A DNA stretch of 24,214 nt from Spizellomyces punctatus DAOM BR117 (lineage: Eukaryota). The translations under genes were made by a program, and so were the position numbers. Numbering within the stretch: the first letter of the stretch is position 1; the number at the start of each line of letters is the position of its first letter. The DNA is taken from NCBI GenBank assembly GCA_000182565.2, contig KQ257464.1, one strand, 5' to 3'. This document shows positions 1 to 12,654 of the stretch, piece after piece. The notes below the pieces were generated by a model. It had not been told where the DNA came from. It was given only the letters and a program-made list of their open reading frames with translations, and did no database searches.

Positions 1-2725
1 CCCGGTCCTCAACATCAACTTCATGCACGACTTGAACCCGCACCGTCTTGTCAGGTAAAGGTGATGAAAAGACATCTGTTAGAGCTTCCAGGGAGCCGTC
101 CTTGCTGCAACCTTCCTGCGCATCGTCGCCATCGCCGAAAAGTAACCTGGCAAGCGTGCTAGTGACATTTAACGTGGAACACGGAAAGTTCGGTAGTCGT
201 TCCTTCGCCGCCAAGGACGCCGGCACAGTGTCAGCTGACCTCTTCACCAAAGTTGCCTTTCCTGCCGTCAAATGCCTTTCCCACTCCTCTTCTCCAACCG
301 CTCTCCTCACTTCCTCCATCCGATGCTCCAACTCTGCTAGTCTCGGACACCCTTCCGCGATTAGCATTCCATGATACTCCAGCGCCTTTTCCCACCGTTT
401 CCACCGGATAAACCCACGAATAATAGAATTATACGTATGTACATTAGGCAAAAGCCCGTGTTGCCGTGTCATGCGAAAATAGGACTCTGCCTGCTCAAAG
501 TTCCCTTCCCAGGCATGCACTCGTATGATTCGTCCGTATGCATAAACAGTCGGCTTTATGTTGGTTGCTCGCATCCGATCAAAAACCGCTTGCGTCATAG
601 GCAGTTCTCCAAATTGACCCTGCGGGGCTGTTAGCTCACTAAAGATGCGTGAGTTCGGTTCCACGTTGTGCCGCGTCATATCGTCGAATATTTGTTTGAT
701 ATCAGAGACATCTGCGTCATCTTGAATGGTGGCCACCAACAGGATGCGAAAGCATTCTTCATCTGGCGTCACCCCAGTTGCTTGGAGATCCGCCCACAGT
801 TGGCGTACAACGGACACATCGTGAATAAATAATGACATAAGTTGGGTATACGCCGCTGCATCAGGTTTGACCCCATTTGTTCGCATCTCAACAAAAACTT
901 TCAGGGCGGTCTCCGGATCTTTAAGGCGGGCGAAGGAGGCAAGAAATGCAGAAAGCACGTGCGAGTCCGGTCGAATACCAGCTGCGCGGATATTACGCAG
1001 GCCGGTGCTCCGAAGCATCTCACGGTATGCACGAGAGGCAGTGTCGAAGTCGTTACGTCGTAGATAGCCGTCGATCAATTTTGTCATCATATACCTATCG
1101 GGCTTTACGTCGTCCCGCGCCATTTCCCTGATCATTTCTTCAGCAGAGATTTCATCACGCTCAATGAGATAGCCACGGATCAAGGATCCGTATATTGATG
1201 GGTCAGGTTGAATCTTCCGCGCTACCATGGCATTGTACAGTGTGCGCGCCTCCACTAGCCGACCTACACCGACAAAGTAGTCGATGGCAACCGAGGCAAA
1301 TACCATGTCCACTTCCTGCTTTTCGTCGTTGAAAATGGATTCGAAGGTAGGGAATACGTCGTTCGTTGTATTTCCCCTTGCTAGTTTGTTGTGCAAGAGG
1401 ATAGTAACGGTCGCGACATTCGGCTTGAACTCATTGTCTTTCATCCGCTTTAACCAATTCTGAACACCCTGCCCTCGTTTTAAGTGAGCATTGATAATGG
1501 AATTGAAAACTGCGACAGTGGGCTGAATTCCTTGATTTAACATTTCTTCATAGAGCTGACAGGCAATTAGCGGGTTCCTATTCCGAGAAGCAAGCGCAAT
1601 CAGCTGCTGGTAGATCGACAAGTCGGGTATAATGCCGAGGGAGGGTAACATTCGATATAGGTGTAGAGCACCGGCAATGTCACCTTCGGCAGCATGAGCT
1701 TTTAGGAATTGACACACCACTCTCGTATCGATAAGTGCACTTTGTTGCCGCATTTCTGCGACCACCCAATCCATGCCTCTCCGATCTCGAGACGCGACGG
1801 CTCTTTCATAAAACAAAATCCAGGTATCCATATTTGGCTCGCCATATCTCCTACTGCCCAGCCGTCTGCAAAGCCTGTGGGTCTTGTCCAGGTCTTGTCC
1901 TAGGCGCCATAGGTACAACCAAACAATTACGTTCCATTCGTCGGCATTCGGCTTCAGTCCAGCTGCCTTCATCCAGCGAATTAGTTTATAAATTAGCTTC
2001 AGCGCCTTATGCGGACTAGGCAGTCTTCGCAATGCATTGATCACAGCACGGATCTCTTCACGGGTCAGCAATTCCAGAATTAGACCGAGATTCGTCATTT
2101 GGTCCGCACCGTACCGAGACCCATGTACGAGAAGCCACCATACCCTGCTTGCATCGACATGAGTTAAATCTCTAAGGTGCGCTCGAAGCTCCTCGACTAT
2201 TTCATGGACCAAAAGTGCCTTCCCACTACCTCCCTCGTGCTTCACCGACATACGTTCTCCACTCTCATCGACCCCGCCGCCATTCCTTCCCAGACTTACA
2301 CAATGCTCGCGGCTTTCATGAGCAAAGTGGTTACTGTGAAAGGAACACGTAACACTATCTGTACCCACAACGCAAGCCAGTTCGCCAGCTATTCCTATGT
2401 GAACATGCCGCACTCTGCCGTGATGATGAAGCTCCTCCTTCCTTTGAGCCACAGTGTCTTGTCGACCCCGCCCTTGGCTTTGCACATGGCCATGTTTTTG
2501 CATTGTCTTCCGCTGACGTTCGCAAGGTTGCCTTCCGGAGGACGACATTTGCCTCCATTTCAAACATTGTCCCCCAATTATCGCAACGCGGCCGCTTCGG
2601 GTGAGATATGGGTATCGTTGACGCATAGACGGACATAGCGAGAAGCTGCTGTTGAGAGTAAAGATGTTGGTAAGGCTTTCGAATGTTGCTAGCGGCAGCA
2701 GGCGGTACGTGGCCGCGAAGCTCAT
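1..2725 (-). CDS. Pentatricopeptide-repeat (PPR) protein, probably mitochondrial; 3' end runs off the window
   Basis: Not in the ORF track because it has no stop inside the window. Manual translation gives an uninterrupted minus-strand frame from ATG 2725 to position 2. It contains tandem ~35-aa PPR motifs, e.g. ACQLYEEMLNQGIQPTVAVFNSIINAH, ARTLYNAMVARKIQPDPSIYGSLIRGY, ALKVFVEMRTNGVKPDAAAYTQLM and HGLLPNVHTYNSIIRGF. The exact start is uncertain. Confidence 0.9.
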   Translation of the reverse strand, partial: MSFAATYRLLPLATFESLTNIFTLNSSFSLCPSMRQRYPYLTRSGRVAIIGGQCLKWRQMSSSGRQPCERQRKTMQKHGHVQSQGRGRQDTVAQRKEELHHHGRVRHVHIGIAGELACVVGTDSVTCSFHSNHFAHESREHCVSLGRNGGGVDESGERMSVKHEGGSGKALLVHEIVEELRAHLRDLTHVDASRVWWLLVHGSRYGADQMTNLGLILELLTREEIRAVINALRRLPSPHKALKLIYKLIRWMKAAGLKPNADEWNVIVWLYLWRLGQDLDKTHRLCRRLGSRRYGEPNMDTWILFYERAVASRDRRGMDWVVAEMRQQSALIDTRVVCQFLKAHAAEGDIAGALHLYRMLPSLGIIPDLSIYQQLIALASRNRNPLIACQLYEEMLNQGIQPTVAVFNSIINAHLKRGQGVQNWLKRMKDNEFKPNVATVTILLHNKLARGNTTNDVFPTFESIFNDEKQEVDMVFASVAIDYFVGVGRLVEARTLYNAMVARKIQPDPSIYGSLIRGYLIERDEISAEEMIREMARDDVKPDRYMMTKLIDGYLRRNDFDTASRAYREMLRSTGLRNIRAAGIRPDSHVLSAFLASFARLKDPETALKVFVEMRTNGVKPDAAAYTQLMSLFIHDVSVVRQLWADLQATGVTPDEECFRILLVATIQDDADVSDIKQIFDDMTRHNVEPNSRIFSELTAPQGQFGELPMTQAVFDRMRATNIKPTVYAYGRIIRVHAWEGNFEQAESYFRMTRQHGLLPNVHTYNSIIRGFIRWKRWEKALEYHGMLIAEGCPRLAELEHRMEEVRRAVGEEEWERHLTAGKATLVKRSADTVPASLAAKERLPNFPCSTLNVTSTLARLLFGDGDDAQEGCSKDGSLEALTDVFSSPLPDKTVRVQVVHEVDVEDR

Positions 2726-3308
2726 CAATCGCAAATGTATGGTCGGTACTGTCGTTTAGCGCGTGCTTTACTGGCGGCAAAGGGACTGGAAGGAGAGAAA
2801 GGCCGCAAGACGGGCAAGTCCTTTGTGAGCGCATCAGGATGCGGTTAGGTGCTAGCGGGGCGAGTGTTGCGGCGAGAGCTCCCCTGTTTACACAATGCGC
2901 AAAGAGAAAGACAACTCCGCCAAGAACCCTAAAGACGCAAATGTGCACAACCCTATTTCCCTAGCCGACACCAAACCTCAGGTCAGAGGAGCGCTAATAG
3001 CGATGACACAATTTACTTGGTGCCCAATGCTTTCTCCCCTTTGCCCGCGTTTCTCCAGATCCATTTCGCTCGGGCGATTCCGACTGTCATAGAAAATGCA
3101 CGTGATTATATTGTTGCTATAGCAATGGTAAGCCCAGTCGCTTGTTTTTGCTCTGCAGCAAACTGCTGGAGGAGAGCAGCAGCGGGTAGGCGAGCAATGC
3201 ACCGGCTCCGCAGGTATTTGCGCAAAAGGCGATTACTGGCAAGGAATCAGTTTCTTTTCTCGCATTGTTTATTCAGTACAATGTTGCTTCTGCAGCCAAA
3301 ATAAATAT

Positions 3309-3822
3309 TCATTTCCTTCTGTTCTCTTCAATTAAGCGAATAGCTTCTGCAAAATGATATTCTAATACTCTTGTCTTCTCTTTCATCAAGAACGACAATC
3401 CGTGTAAATTCGTCCAGTCTGTCTCGTAATAGGAGCCTCCTCGACTGTGACTGATGTGTTTACCATTTGATGACCACACAGTTCGATGATCGTAATATCT
3501 TCTCCATACAGATTGGACTATCATATTCTGATTGCTGTACGGAACGTAAAATGCAGCCGGGTCTTCCTGCGTTGTCAACTCCAGCAGCTCTTTCGTATAC
3601 TCATCAGGCCATATACTAAGTGCCAGGGTTTGGAATGCGACGTTTACTGGGTTGCAATTGTGAGCACCTTCTGTCTCTCCAAAACAAGATGGATGGGAAC
3701 ACACCTAATTGCCGCATCTCCTTACTTGCGGTTTCCATAACCCGTAGAGTGTGCACGTTACAAAAGTTCAGAATGTGGATGATAATCTCATTTGGCAAGC
3801 GTTGACCGCTGTTCAGTGTCAT
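3309..3822 (-). CDS. Small F-box-like protein, 2 exons (3822-3705, 3646-3309)
   Basis: N-terminal LPNEIIIHILNFCNVHTLRVMETASKEMRQL is an F-box pattern. A 58-nt intron at 3704-3647 (GTGTGT...GCTCAC...CCCAG) joins ORFs 3616..3915 and 3309..3704 in frame (RQL-VNVAFQTL). An alternative start is ATG 3846. Confidence 0.65.
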
Positions 3823-5254
3823 TTTGCATAACGAACGTGAACCCATCAGATCGCATAGACATATAATGCTTTTAATCTTTTTGCCTGTTTCATCCGTGTG
3901 TTCCAACCGAGTCACTCCCCAGTATGAGAACTAAAGTCACCAAAGATTAGAATTGACCCATTTGAAGGACTAGATGCCAATCCTAATTATTAAAGTAAGT
4001 AAAAGAAAGTATGTGCAATAAATCACTCCTAGTTAACACGGTAACAAATACTAATAAATGAGTTAGGATTAAACATCGGCATTGGACATTTTTTTGACCA
4101 TATTTGCAGGACAAATTCAACATCTCTAAATCATCAGCTAGTAGCCCCATTCTTAATGGAACTACCACTGAAATCTTGCGAATTTTGGAAGGTAGTAAAA
4201 CATTGGCCGCCTAGGTAAAGTAAATCATTATAGTACAATCAATATAAAGAAAAAGTCTCAAATTTGGTCCTCTATAGTCCTCGATAGCGTCGATGCGACA
4301 TGCAAAGAGTAATAAGATGCACCGAATAATCATGACAATGAAGAAAAGGATGATCAGTATGTGATAGCAGAGTGGGGAATAAAACCCGATGAACCACGCC
4401 GCAGCTGGCACTCGGCTGGGAATGATATTACTTCATGGAAGGGCAGGATCTACCGGTTTGAAGAATACTTCAAATATCTGGCGATGGGAGGACCCTCATG
4501 TTGTTCCAATCACCCCAGACCAGTCAAGTCAGAATATCTGCTTAGCAAGATCCCATGCAAATAGATGATTAGAGAACCTGTGTGGCAGAAGAGCGATGTT
4601 GGCTCAGAGTCTGAAAAATCCGGGACTTTGCCCAGGTGCCTTTGACAGTTTTCCAGAGGCCGTGCGGACAGTGGTTAAACCCCAGCACTGCAGCTGGAGC
4701 CCATCGTACTCAAGGTGAGCTGGCGTTCCCACCAAAGTTGATGGCTGCAAGCAATCTTGAGAGTAGCCCATCGCCCAACCATGTTGAACCACTTTGATGA
4801 TAGCAGACTTTACGAGAATACTTTAGGAGCATCACAAGAGTGAGATTTCCGAGACCCAAGGCAGCTTAACGGGCTCTTTGTACGGTCATGTGACCATGTG
4901 CTTATGTCACTTCCGCAGATGAACCGATCACTGTTTTCCACCGATCTCCCTTCTGACTGCCGCCACCTCATTCCATATGTGCTCAGCTATTGTCCGCAAA
5001 CATATACGTATCAGTGACTTGATGCAGTGCGGTGGAGTGAAAAGAATAGGGCAATGGTGTTACTTGAGAGTTCTCACGGAGCGCGTGAGGGTGTGCATCC
5101 GCCGGGTGGTCATCATGTAGAAAATGTCATGAATGTGTTCTAATCTGTTCCTACGCTACATATAAGCTTGATACAATTCCATCCACTCGCAAACAACTCA
5201 TTCTAGTGTGGAAATAAATACGCTGGCTACTCTGGGTTTCAGGTGTCAGAAAAA

Positions 5255-6437
5255 TCAGAATGGGGGAATAATCTTGCCGGCTATCCTCCAATCCTCATCC
5301 AACTCAGGATTATCCAACCATCGCTCCATCACAATATACTCGGTGACATTCTTGATATCGTTCGGGTTGCCACCTACTAAGACATTATTCTTGTTGTAAA
5401 ACGCCACAGACTAGAGAAGAAGAAGCATCTCGTTTAGCTGACAGTGGAGTAACCTACCAATCAAACGAAGTTACCTGCTTCAAAGAGACTTTGACAGTGA
5501 CTTGGGCTAGATGGTACTGTGGTCCACCCTTCTCAAACTGCACTTTGACGGCTGCAATGTGCACGGTAGTTGGGTGTTCAAACTGACCGTGTGATTTCCA
5601 TTCGTATCTGCCCACCCTACTAGCGGCTTTCATGTCTGCATTCAAGTTCTAGTACAACATCATTTACGGTTCAGTGATTCAATATCTTTTGAGTCAATGA
5701 GGACGTTACACTTACAGCAAGCATGCTGTCCGTGACAAAACACCGCAATTCATCCTTGTCTCCTCTGTCAAGTAGTAAATGAGCCCTCCAAACGTCAAAA
5801 AAAAACGTGGGTTCAAGTATATACGCACTTGGCAAAAGCATGATTCATTGCAGTATACAATTCTTGGGCCTCATACGCAAAAGGTTTAGGTTTCCATCCC
5901 TTAATGTGCGTTCTCACTCGCCACGCACTAACAACGTCAAAGATATAAGAATCTTCCGCACCCAAAAACAGATCTGAATTGCTTATACCCACGAGATGAA
6001 AGATATAAATAGGGCTCGCAGCCGCCGTTTTGCATACTCCTTGCCTTCCTCTGACAGAAGAGGAGGCCTTTTTCCGGATGGGTAGGGTACAAACGGGTCT
6101 GAAGGGCACATGTCAAAAACGACACCTAAGCGACGGGACCGTAAATATCAACGTGTCAACTACCAGCGATATTCAAATCAACAGGTCGTCCACGCATAAG
6201 CTGTTGCTTTGCACTAGCGAATCTCAAGCCCAGTGGATGAAGAGAGGGTCCCAAAGTAGCCTGGGTTGTTGTTCGGTTCGCCTGAATCTTGCGTCTTACG
6301 TCGCTGGATGGGAAGTGTTGGATGTGGAGGTTACGTGCGGCAGGAAGTAGCGGCCGGAATGGATGAGACGGTACATTCCTGCCAAGTAAAGCATGACTGA
6401 GGCATCGCGGGGATATCCATATGTTCCGACGCAACAT
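5255..6437 (-). CDS. Mitochondrial Tim44-like domain protein (mL45/Mba1 family), multi-exon
   Basis: Arg-rich presequence MLRRNIWISPRCL. Exons read WKPKPFAYEAQELYTAMNHAFA, HLAQVTVKVSLKQ and SVAFYNKNNVLVGGNPNDIKNVTEYIVMERWLDNPELDEDWRIAGKIIPPF*, matching the mL45/Tim44 C-terminal pattern. GT-AG introns separate them. Confidence 0.8.
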
Positions 6438-6709
6438 GGTGAACAATCGTAGATCACTCAAGCTGAGAGGTCATTTCCAGCTGCTAAACTTGGTTCGGCG
6501 CGTTGCCAGGGCAACTAGCAGACAGGGACATTGTCGGGTTGGTCGTTTGGTTCGGCTCGTTCATTGCCGTCCCAAGAGTGCAAATGGAGACGATCCCAAG
6601 GGGTGTTGCCGAGGTTATCCCGTAGTATCAGCATCACATACTCTAACAAGCTCCTCAGGGGTGCTAGCTTATATCATGATAAATTTCGTGGACTCTTTCT
6701 TCTGCTTCA

Positions 6710-6849
6710 CAAGTAGTGATGCCGTAGGCTGAGCCGAGCCATTTCCTCAGCTTGGCTCCAGATCCGTACTTTTGACGGCTTCGGCTTCAGCTTGGCTCCA
6801 TAAGGTCAAGCCATGAACCGAGCCAGCCAGCCGTTGCATCACAACTCTG
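6710..6849. repeat. Possible degenerate MITE / small non-autonomous DNA transposon
   Basis: Imperfect inverted ends AGTAGTGATGC (6712-6722) and GCATCACAACT (6836-6846). Internal 14-bp direct repeat TCAGCTTGGCTCCA (6747, 6787) and several GAGCC/GGCTC motifs. No clear TSD. Confidence 0.4.
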
Positions 6850-7008
6850 GCTATCAGCAAAGTCATTCCTGTTTGCATCTTTCAAATCCTGACCTAATCA
6901 GTCACGTGCCAACGCGTTGCTTGCGCGCAGCATCCAAGGTCCAACGTTCTCCGCGTGCGCGAAAGTGCACATCCCCCTAAAAAGCAACACAATATAAAGA
7001 CTAACGGA

Positions 7009-7080
7009 GGCAGAATAGCCAAGTGGTTAAGCCGCAGACATGCGAACTCAACTATCCAGTGTTCGAATCCCGGGACAGGA
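7009..7080 (+). other. tRNA-derived sequence (pseudo-tRNA or SINE head)
   Basis: Pol III A-box TAGCCAAGTGGTTAAG (7016-7031) and B-box GTTCGAATCC (7061-7070) at tRNA spacing. The acceptor, anticodon and T stems do not pair properly. Confidence 0.55.
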
Positions 7081-7843
7081 GGACAAAGACTGATTGCTTG
7101 CGATAGTCGAGTGGGTCCCAATGAAGCTTTAAGAGCTGAGGGAGGGCTTTGGACAGGTAAGTTAATCAACAGGTAGGTTATTCTTTTGGATCAACCTAAT
7201 AAATGAGGGGTACTTACAAGTAGACTCTTTGCTTTCTGGTTGAATTATATTTCCTCACAAACTCGTTCACCACTGTGTATTTTCAAATCACAAGTACAGA
7301 CCAGGTCGACACTGCAACCAACTTGGCAACTCGATTGAGCCCCACAGACTATGGCTCATCGTTCTTGTAAGCTTTTATTCGATCCTGCTTTCAAGGCCAT
7401 GTCCTGAGGTTCTATCACAGTCCCTATGTCTACTTGTTGTTGTCGACGGCAGCTGCAGATGGCTGAATCATGGGTCAAGTCGAAGTCGTAAATGTTCCAA
7501 AAACTACTTTGCTTTCCAATGATATTTGGCCTCTCATTATGAAGGAAAACATGTCAAGACCGCACGTATATGGAGAGATTATCGCCCAGATCACCAAAGA
7601 ATTTGATCAATGTAATGCAGCGCGAAGATGATGAAGCGAAGCATAAGCACAGGAAGATAAATGTCTTTAGAGCTGGTCGACAAAGCATACATAGTAGCTG
7701 ATAGTTTGCAAGCATTGACGCAACCGTCAACGATGCTGTTTGTTGACCTTCATACGACTCACGTGTCAAATCGGCGATTAGCACAGCATTAAACCAACTG
7801 TTCCTCCACAACCCCATCTTGACATTGAACTTGCACAACAGCC

Positions 7844-8650
7844 ATGCTCCTTCAAGACGTCTGCCTATCGGCTCTCAAGATATGGTGGTTCTCATCCTCA
7901 CTTTCCCTGCGCCCCCCTACACCCACACCTACACCTCATCTTGCTTTAAATATTGTCTTGCTCGCTTGGGCCTGCGCATCCTGGTCAAAGGCTTCGCTGC
8001 TCCTCCAACAACGCGGTTGGGGTTCTGCAGAGGATGAACGAAGAGTGCTTGCTTGCTGGCACCTCGTCGTCGCGTACGGAGTTGTCTGGGGAGTCAACGG
8101 CGTAAGAATACCGGACGGTGGAAGGAAAGGCTTCATACCCGTTCTCGTCGGTGGGACGTTTGTGACTGTTGCGCTTGACGAGTTGATGTACCTGATACTC
8201 TCGCATACGGTATTGGGGCCAGTTGTTATGACAATACGAGGGTACAGCCCTCCGCCTGATGCCCATGATGAAGATTGCGTCGTTTGCTTGGGTGTTGGAC
8301 TGAACGACGAAAATACGACCGGCGCGCCCACCTTTGGAGCCTTACAAAGCTTCTGTAAAATTCATGCACACGTAGCACATATAGAATGCATGAGCAAATG
8401 GTTTAGGATGCGGAGATTCGGGAGGCGCTGTCCCGTTTGCCGAAGACCTCTACAGGTCATTGTTGTCGATGATCGGATGTTGATCAGGGAATTGGGTTGG
8501 TGGAAAGGAGCGCGAAAAGTCATAAAAGTTAGATGGAACTGGGGAATAGTTTTGGCAAGAGCCGGGGTTACGATTGGCTGTGTAATGGGTGTGCTGGCGG
8601 TTGTGCTGGCAAGAGCGCGGTGGATGAAGCAACGGACAAAACGTCTGTGA
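7844..8650 (+). CDS. Membrane protein with RING finger (putative E3 ubiquitin ligase)
   Basis: 268-aa ORF with several hydrophobic segments flanking CVVC...C-KIH-AH-VAHIEC-MSKW...CPVCR, a RING pattern. An upstream exon is possible. Confidence 0.75.
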   Translation: MLLQDVCLSALKIWWFSSSLSLRPPTPTPTPHLALNIVLLAWACASWSKASLLLQQRGWGSAEDERRVLACWHLVVAYGVVWGVNGVRIPDGGRKGFIPVLVGGTFVTVALDELMYLILSHTVLGPVVMTIRGYSPPPDAHDEDCVVCLGVGLNDENTTGAPTFGALQSFCKIHAHVAHIECMSKWFRMRRFGRRCPVCRRPLQVIVVDDRMLIRELGWWKGARKVIKVRWNWGIVLARAGVTIGCVMGVLAVVLARARWMKQRTKRL

Positions 8651-8791
8651 ATTGCTATTTGTCTATGTATATATAGCTGTACATATATGTACTGTTTTGA
8701 TCTCCCTCTTGTAAATACCGATCATTGTGTAATCTGTGCACCAAACTCTCATGGCAACGCTCCTATGTCGGTAATTCGGCAGCAATACTTT

Positions 8792-10087
<1,296 letters not shown>

Positions 10088-11702
10088 ATGCTTCGACAGT
10101 GCACAAGGCCTATACCTCGGTGGCGGACTGTATCTAACGTTCTATATGCTAGATGTCGTACTACCGCGCCTTGTCAGCCGATATCTCCCGTAAGTGCGAG
10201 GACTGGATGGGTCGGCTGTTTATATTCGACAGCGGCCGCTTCCCAAAGCCAGCCGACGACCGATGGTAGGAGCTTCTCTACTTACCCGTTATCAGGGCAT
10301 CTGCTAACAACTACTGCCTACCCAGGACACATTGAGATCCTTGGCCGCCTTCATCCAACAGACTCGGCGACAAATGTATCACCAACCATCGTATCCAAAA
10401 CCACACGACGACTCCATCTGCAACGCAATCATCCCATCAACATTCTCAAACGCCGCATTGAAAGCCATTTTAGGGACTATGCTGTCATGGACTCAATGGA
10501 CCCAGTAGTAACAGTTCATCAAAATTTTGACTCTCTCCTCTTTACGCCCGACCATCCGGGTCGTGCCGCCACCGATACGTACTACGTCAATACAAACACA
10601 GTCCTTCGCACTCATACAAGTGCCCATCAATCCGATGTACTAAAAACACGAAAGGCTGACGGGTACCTCCTTACAGCCGATGTCTACAGAAGGGACGAGA
10701 TTGATGTGAGCCATTACCCAGTGTTTCATCAAATGGAGGGAATCCGGACATTTGACAAGAAAAAAATTGAGGAGGAAGCGAAGGTGGATTCAGAGACAAG
10801 CGCAATACAAGGTGCTGTACTTTCAGAGTCAAATCCTATTCAGCCTGCACATACTACTCGCGAGGCACAGTTGGTGGACCTGCATTTACGGCATTCGTTG
10901 GAGGGGATGGTGAGGGATTTATTTAGAGAGGAGAAAGATTTGCAGATCAGGTGGATTGAAGCGTACTTTCCCTTTACGAGTCCGAGCTGGGAGATGGAAG
11001 TGTTTTATAGAGGAAACTGGCTGGAACTGTTGGGTTGCGGTGTCATGCAGCAAGAGATTTTGGATAAATCAGGTGCGCTTCCAAGTGTTCGCCAATCGTT
11101 AGGCAATGACTGAACCGATGATCACAAAACAGGCAACTCTGACCGTATTGGTTGGGCCTTTGGACTCGGTCTCGAACGTATCGCCATGGTCATGTTCGAC
11201 ATTCCCGATATTCGACTTTTCTGGTCAACCGATGATCGCTTCATTTCCCAATTCTCATCGGGCCAAATCGTCAAATTCCAACCCTTTTCCAAATACCCTG
11301 CGTGCTATAAAGATATCTCGTTCTGGTGTTCGGAAACGTTTCATGACAATGATTTTGCGGAAGTTGTTCGCGATGTTGCTGGGGATTTAGCGGAAAATGT
11401 CGAGTTGGTGCGTGTGATATTTGGCCTGTGAGGAATTAGATCCCCCTTGGGCATCGACTGAGCTATGGATTTTCTTAGATTGATCAATTCCAACATCCCA
11501 AAACTAAACGGACGAGCCGATGTTTTCGGATCAACTATCGGTCCATGGACAGGTGCGTTGACCTGCCATTGATAACCACCTTGATTGTGCTATTTGTAAT
11601 AAAGTGGCTGGATGCAGGACATTCACTAATGAAGAGGTGGATCGCATACAAGACCAAGTCCGCCAGGTTACCAAGGAACGATTGGGAGTGGAGTTGCGGT
11701 GA
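10088..11702 (+). CDS. MSF1: Mitochondrial phenylalanyl-tRNA synthetase, multi-exon
   Basis: Motifs [80 protein letters not shown] and the anticodon-binding [11 protein letters not shown]...INYRSMD. Presequence starts at ATG 10088; stop TGA at 11700-11702. Confidence 0.95.
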
Positions 11703-11961
11703 TGGAAACATAGTGTGTGGGAAAATAGAAATGTCAGTGCCACGGAGCATTGCAGCCAGTTGAATTAACCACATTTATTGTGAACCTCACGAAGATAAAC
11801 CAAAAAACGGGTCCAATACGTGCGGCAACGAATGGATTGAATATTCTGCAGTTGCTCCACCATTGAAAAACAGGTCCAATGCGCAGTTGTCATATTTCTA
11901 TATAAACCCGCCTTCTCTGCCCATTTCCCAGGTTTTCATCCATTTTTCTATTCCAATCATC

Positions 11962-12654
11962 ATGCCGCCAAAGAAAAAGCAAAAGCTTGAAAAACTTGAC
12001 AAACCCACCTTACATACCTGCAACAAAACTTTTTGCAAAAGCTTTCCTGCCAAATGAGATCTACCACCAACGGCTGCTAGATTACATTGCCATCATCCAT
12101 CAACTCACCGACCACACTTCCCACGTGCTGAAATTCTACATCCTATCTGCACCAACCTTTCCCACAGTAAATGAAGATACAATCGAAGCCATCCTGTATC
12201 TTCTCAACAAGGGGGAGGCTTGGCATCCAAGAAAGGAAGCAAAGAAGGCATGGCGGGATTGTTTGCTGCCATATGTTCAATGGTACTGCCACATCATCAG
12301 CTTCGTTCATCCAAATCTATGAGGCGAGCAGCAGTCAATCAATTACCTGACAGCAAGTATGATGATGAACCTGAAAGTCAATGTTCAAGAGCATTTCATG
12401 CAGATGCTCCTTCGATATATCAATCTGCCGCTCGACGTGAAGGGACAGAAGCAGCAACTGCCACTGAAAAGTGATGTGCGGAAAGCTTTCTTTACTCAGC
12501 TTCACTACTTAAAGTCAGTTTTTCTTTTTGATATCATGCCCGAGTCGCTGGATTTAACACCACTGGAGAGCAAGGTTCTTGAAGAGATTTGGTTGCTCAA
12601 TCTGCCTTTTCTTGTTGACAATCCACTCACCTACGCAGTTGTTGTGAATCCAAT
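11962..12654 (+). pseudogene. Fanzor1 (TnpB-derived RNA-guided nuclease), SpuFz1-like, N-terminal ~230 aa only; disrupted
   Basis: MPPKKKQKL..LDKPTLHTCNKT/FAKAFLPNE...EDTIEAILYLLNKGEAWHPRKEAKKAWRDCLLPYVQ...HPNL*GEQQSINYLT..NLKVNVQEHFMQMLLRYINL closely matches the N-terminus of S. punctatus Fanzor1 as I recall it (from memory, not searched). Frameshift near 12030, TGA at 12320, truncated by the LTR at 12655. RuvC and omegaRNA are not in the window. Confidence 0.88.

Noticed and set aside
620-664. Intron-like GT...GCTAAC...CAG on the minus strand within the PPR gene
   Set aside because: The frame reads through as a normal PPR repeat (NVEPNSRIFSEL), so no intron is needed.
48-2964. Many short plus-strand ORFs and minus ORF 2355..2948
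   Set aside because: Shadows of the long minus-strand PPR frame; no recognisable motifs.
3950-5200. Short ORFs between the F-box and mL45 genes
   Set aside because: No motifs or coherent exon chain found; treated as intergenic or unrecognisable relic.
7009-7080. Functional tRNA gene
   Set aside because: Stems do not pair and no anticodon can be assigned.
7200-7840. Possible small spliced gene or upstream exons of the RING gene
   Set aside because: Splice-like signals exist but I could not assemble a convincing reading frame.
11709-11900. Fanzor left end / CATA TAM (CATAGTG at 11709, GTGCGG near 11820, CATA at 11891)
   Set aside because: Several candidates and no right end in the window for comparison; the boundary cannot be fixed.
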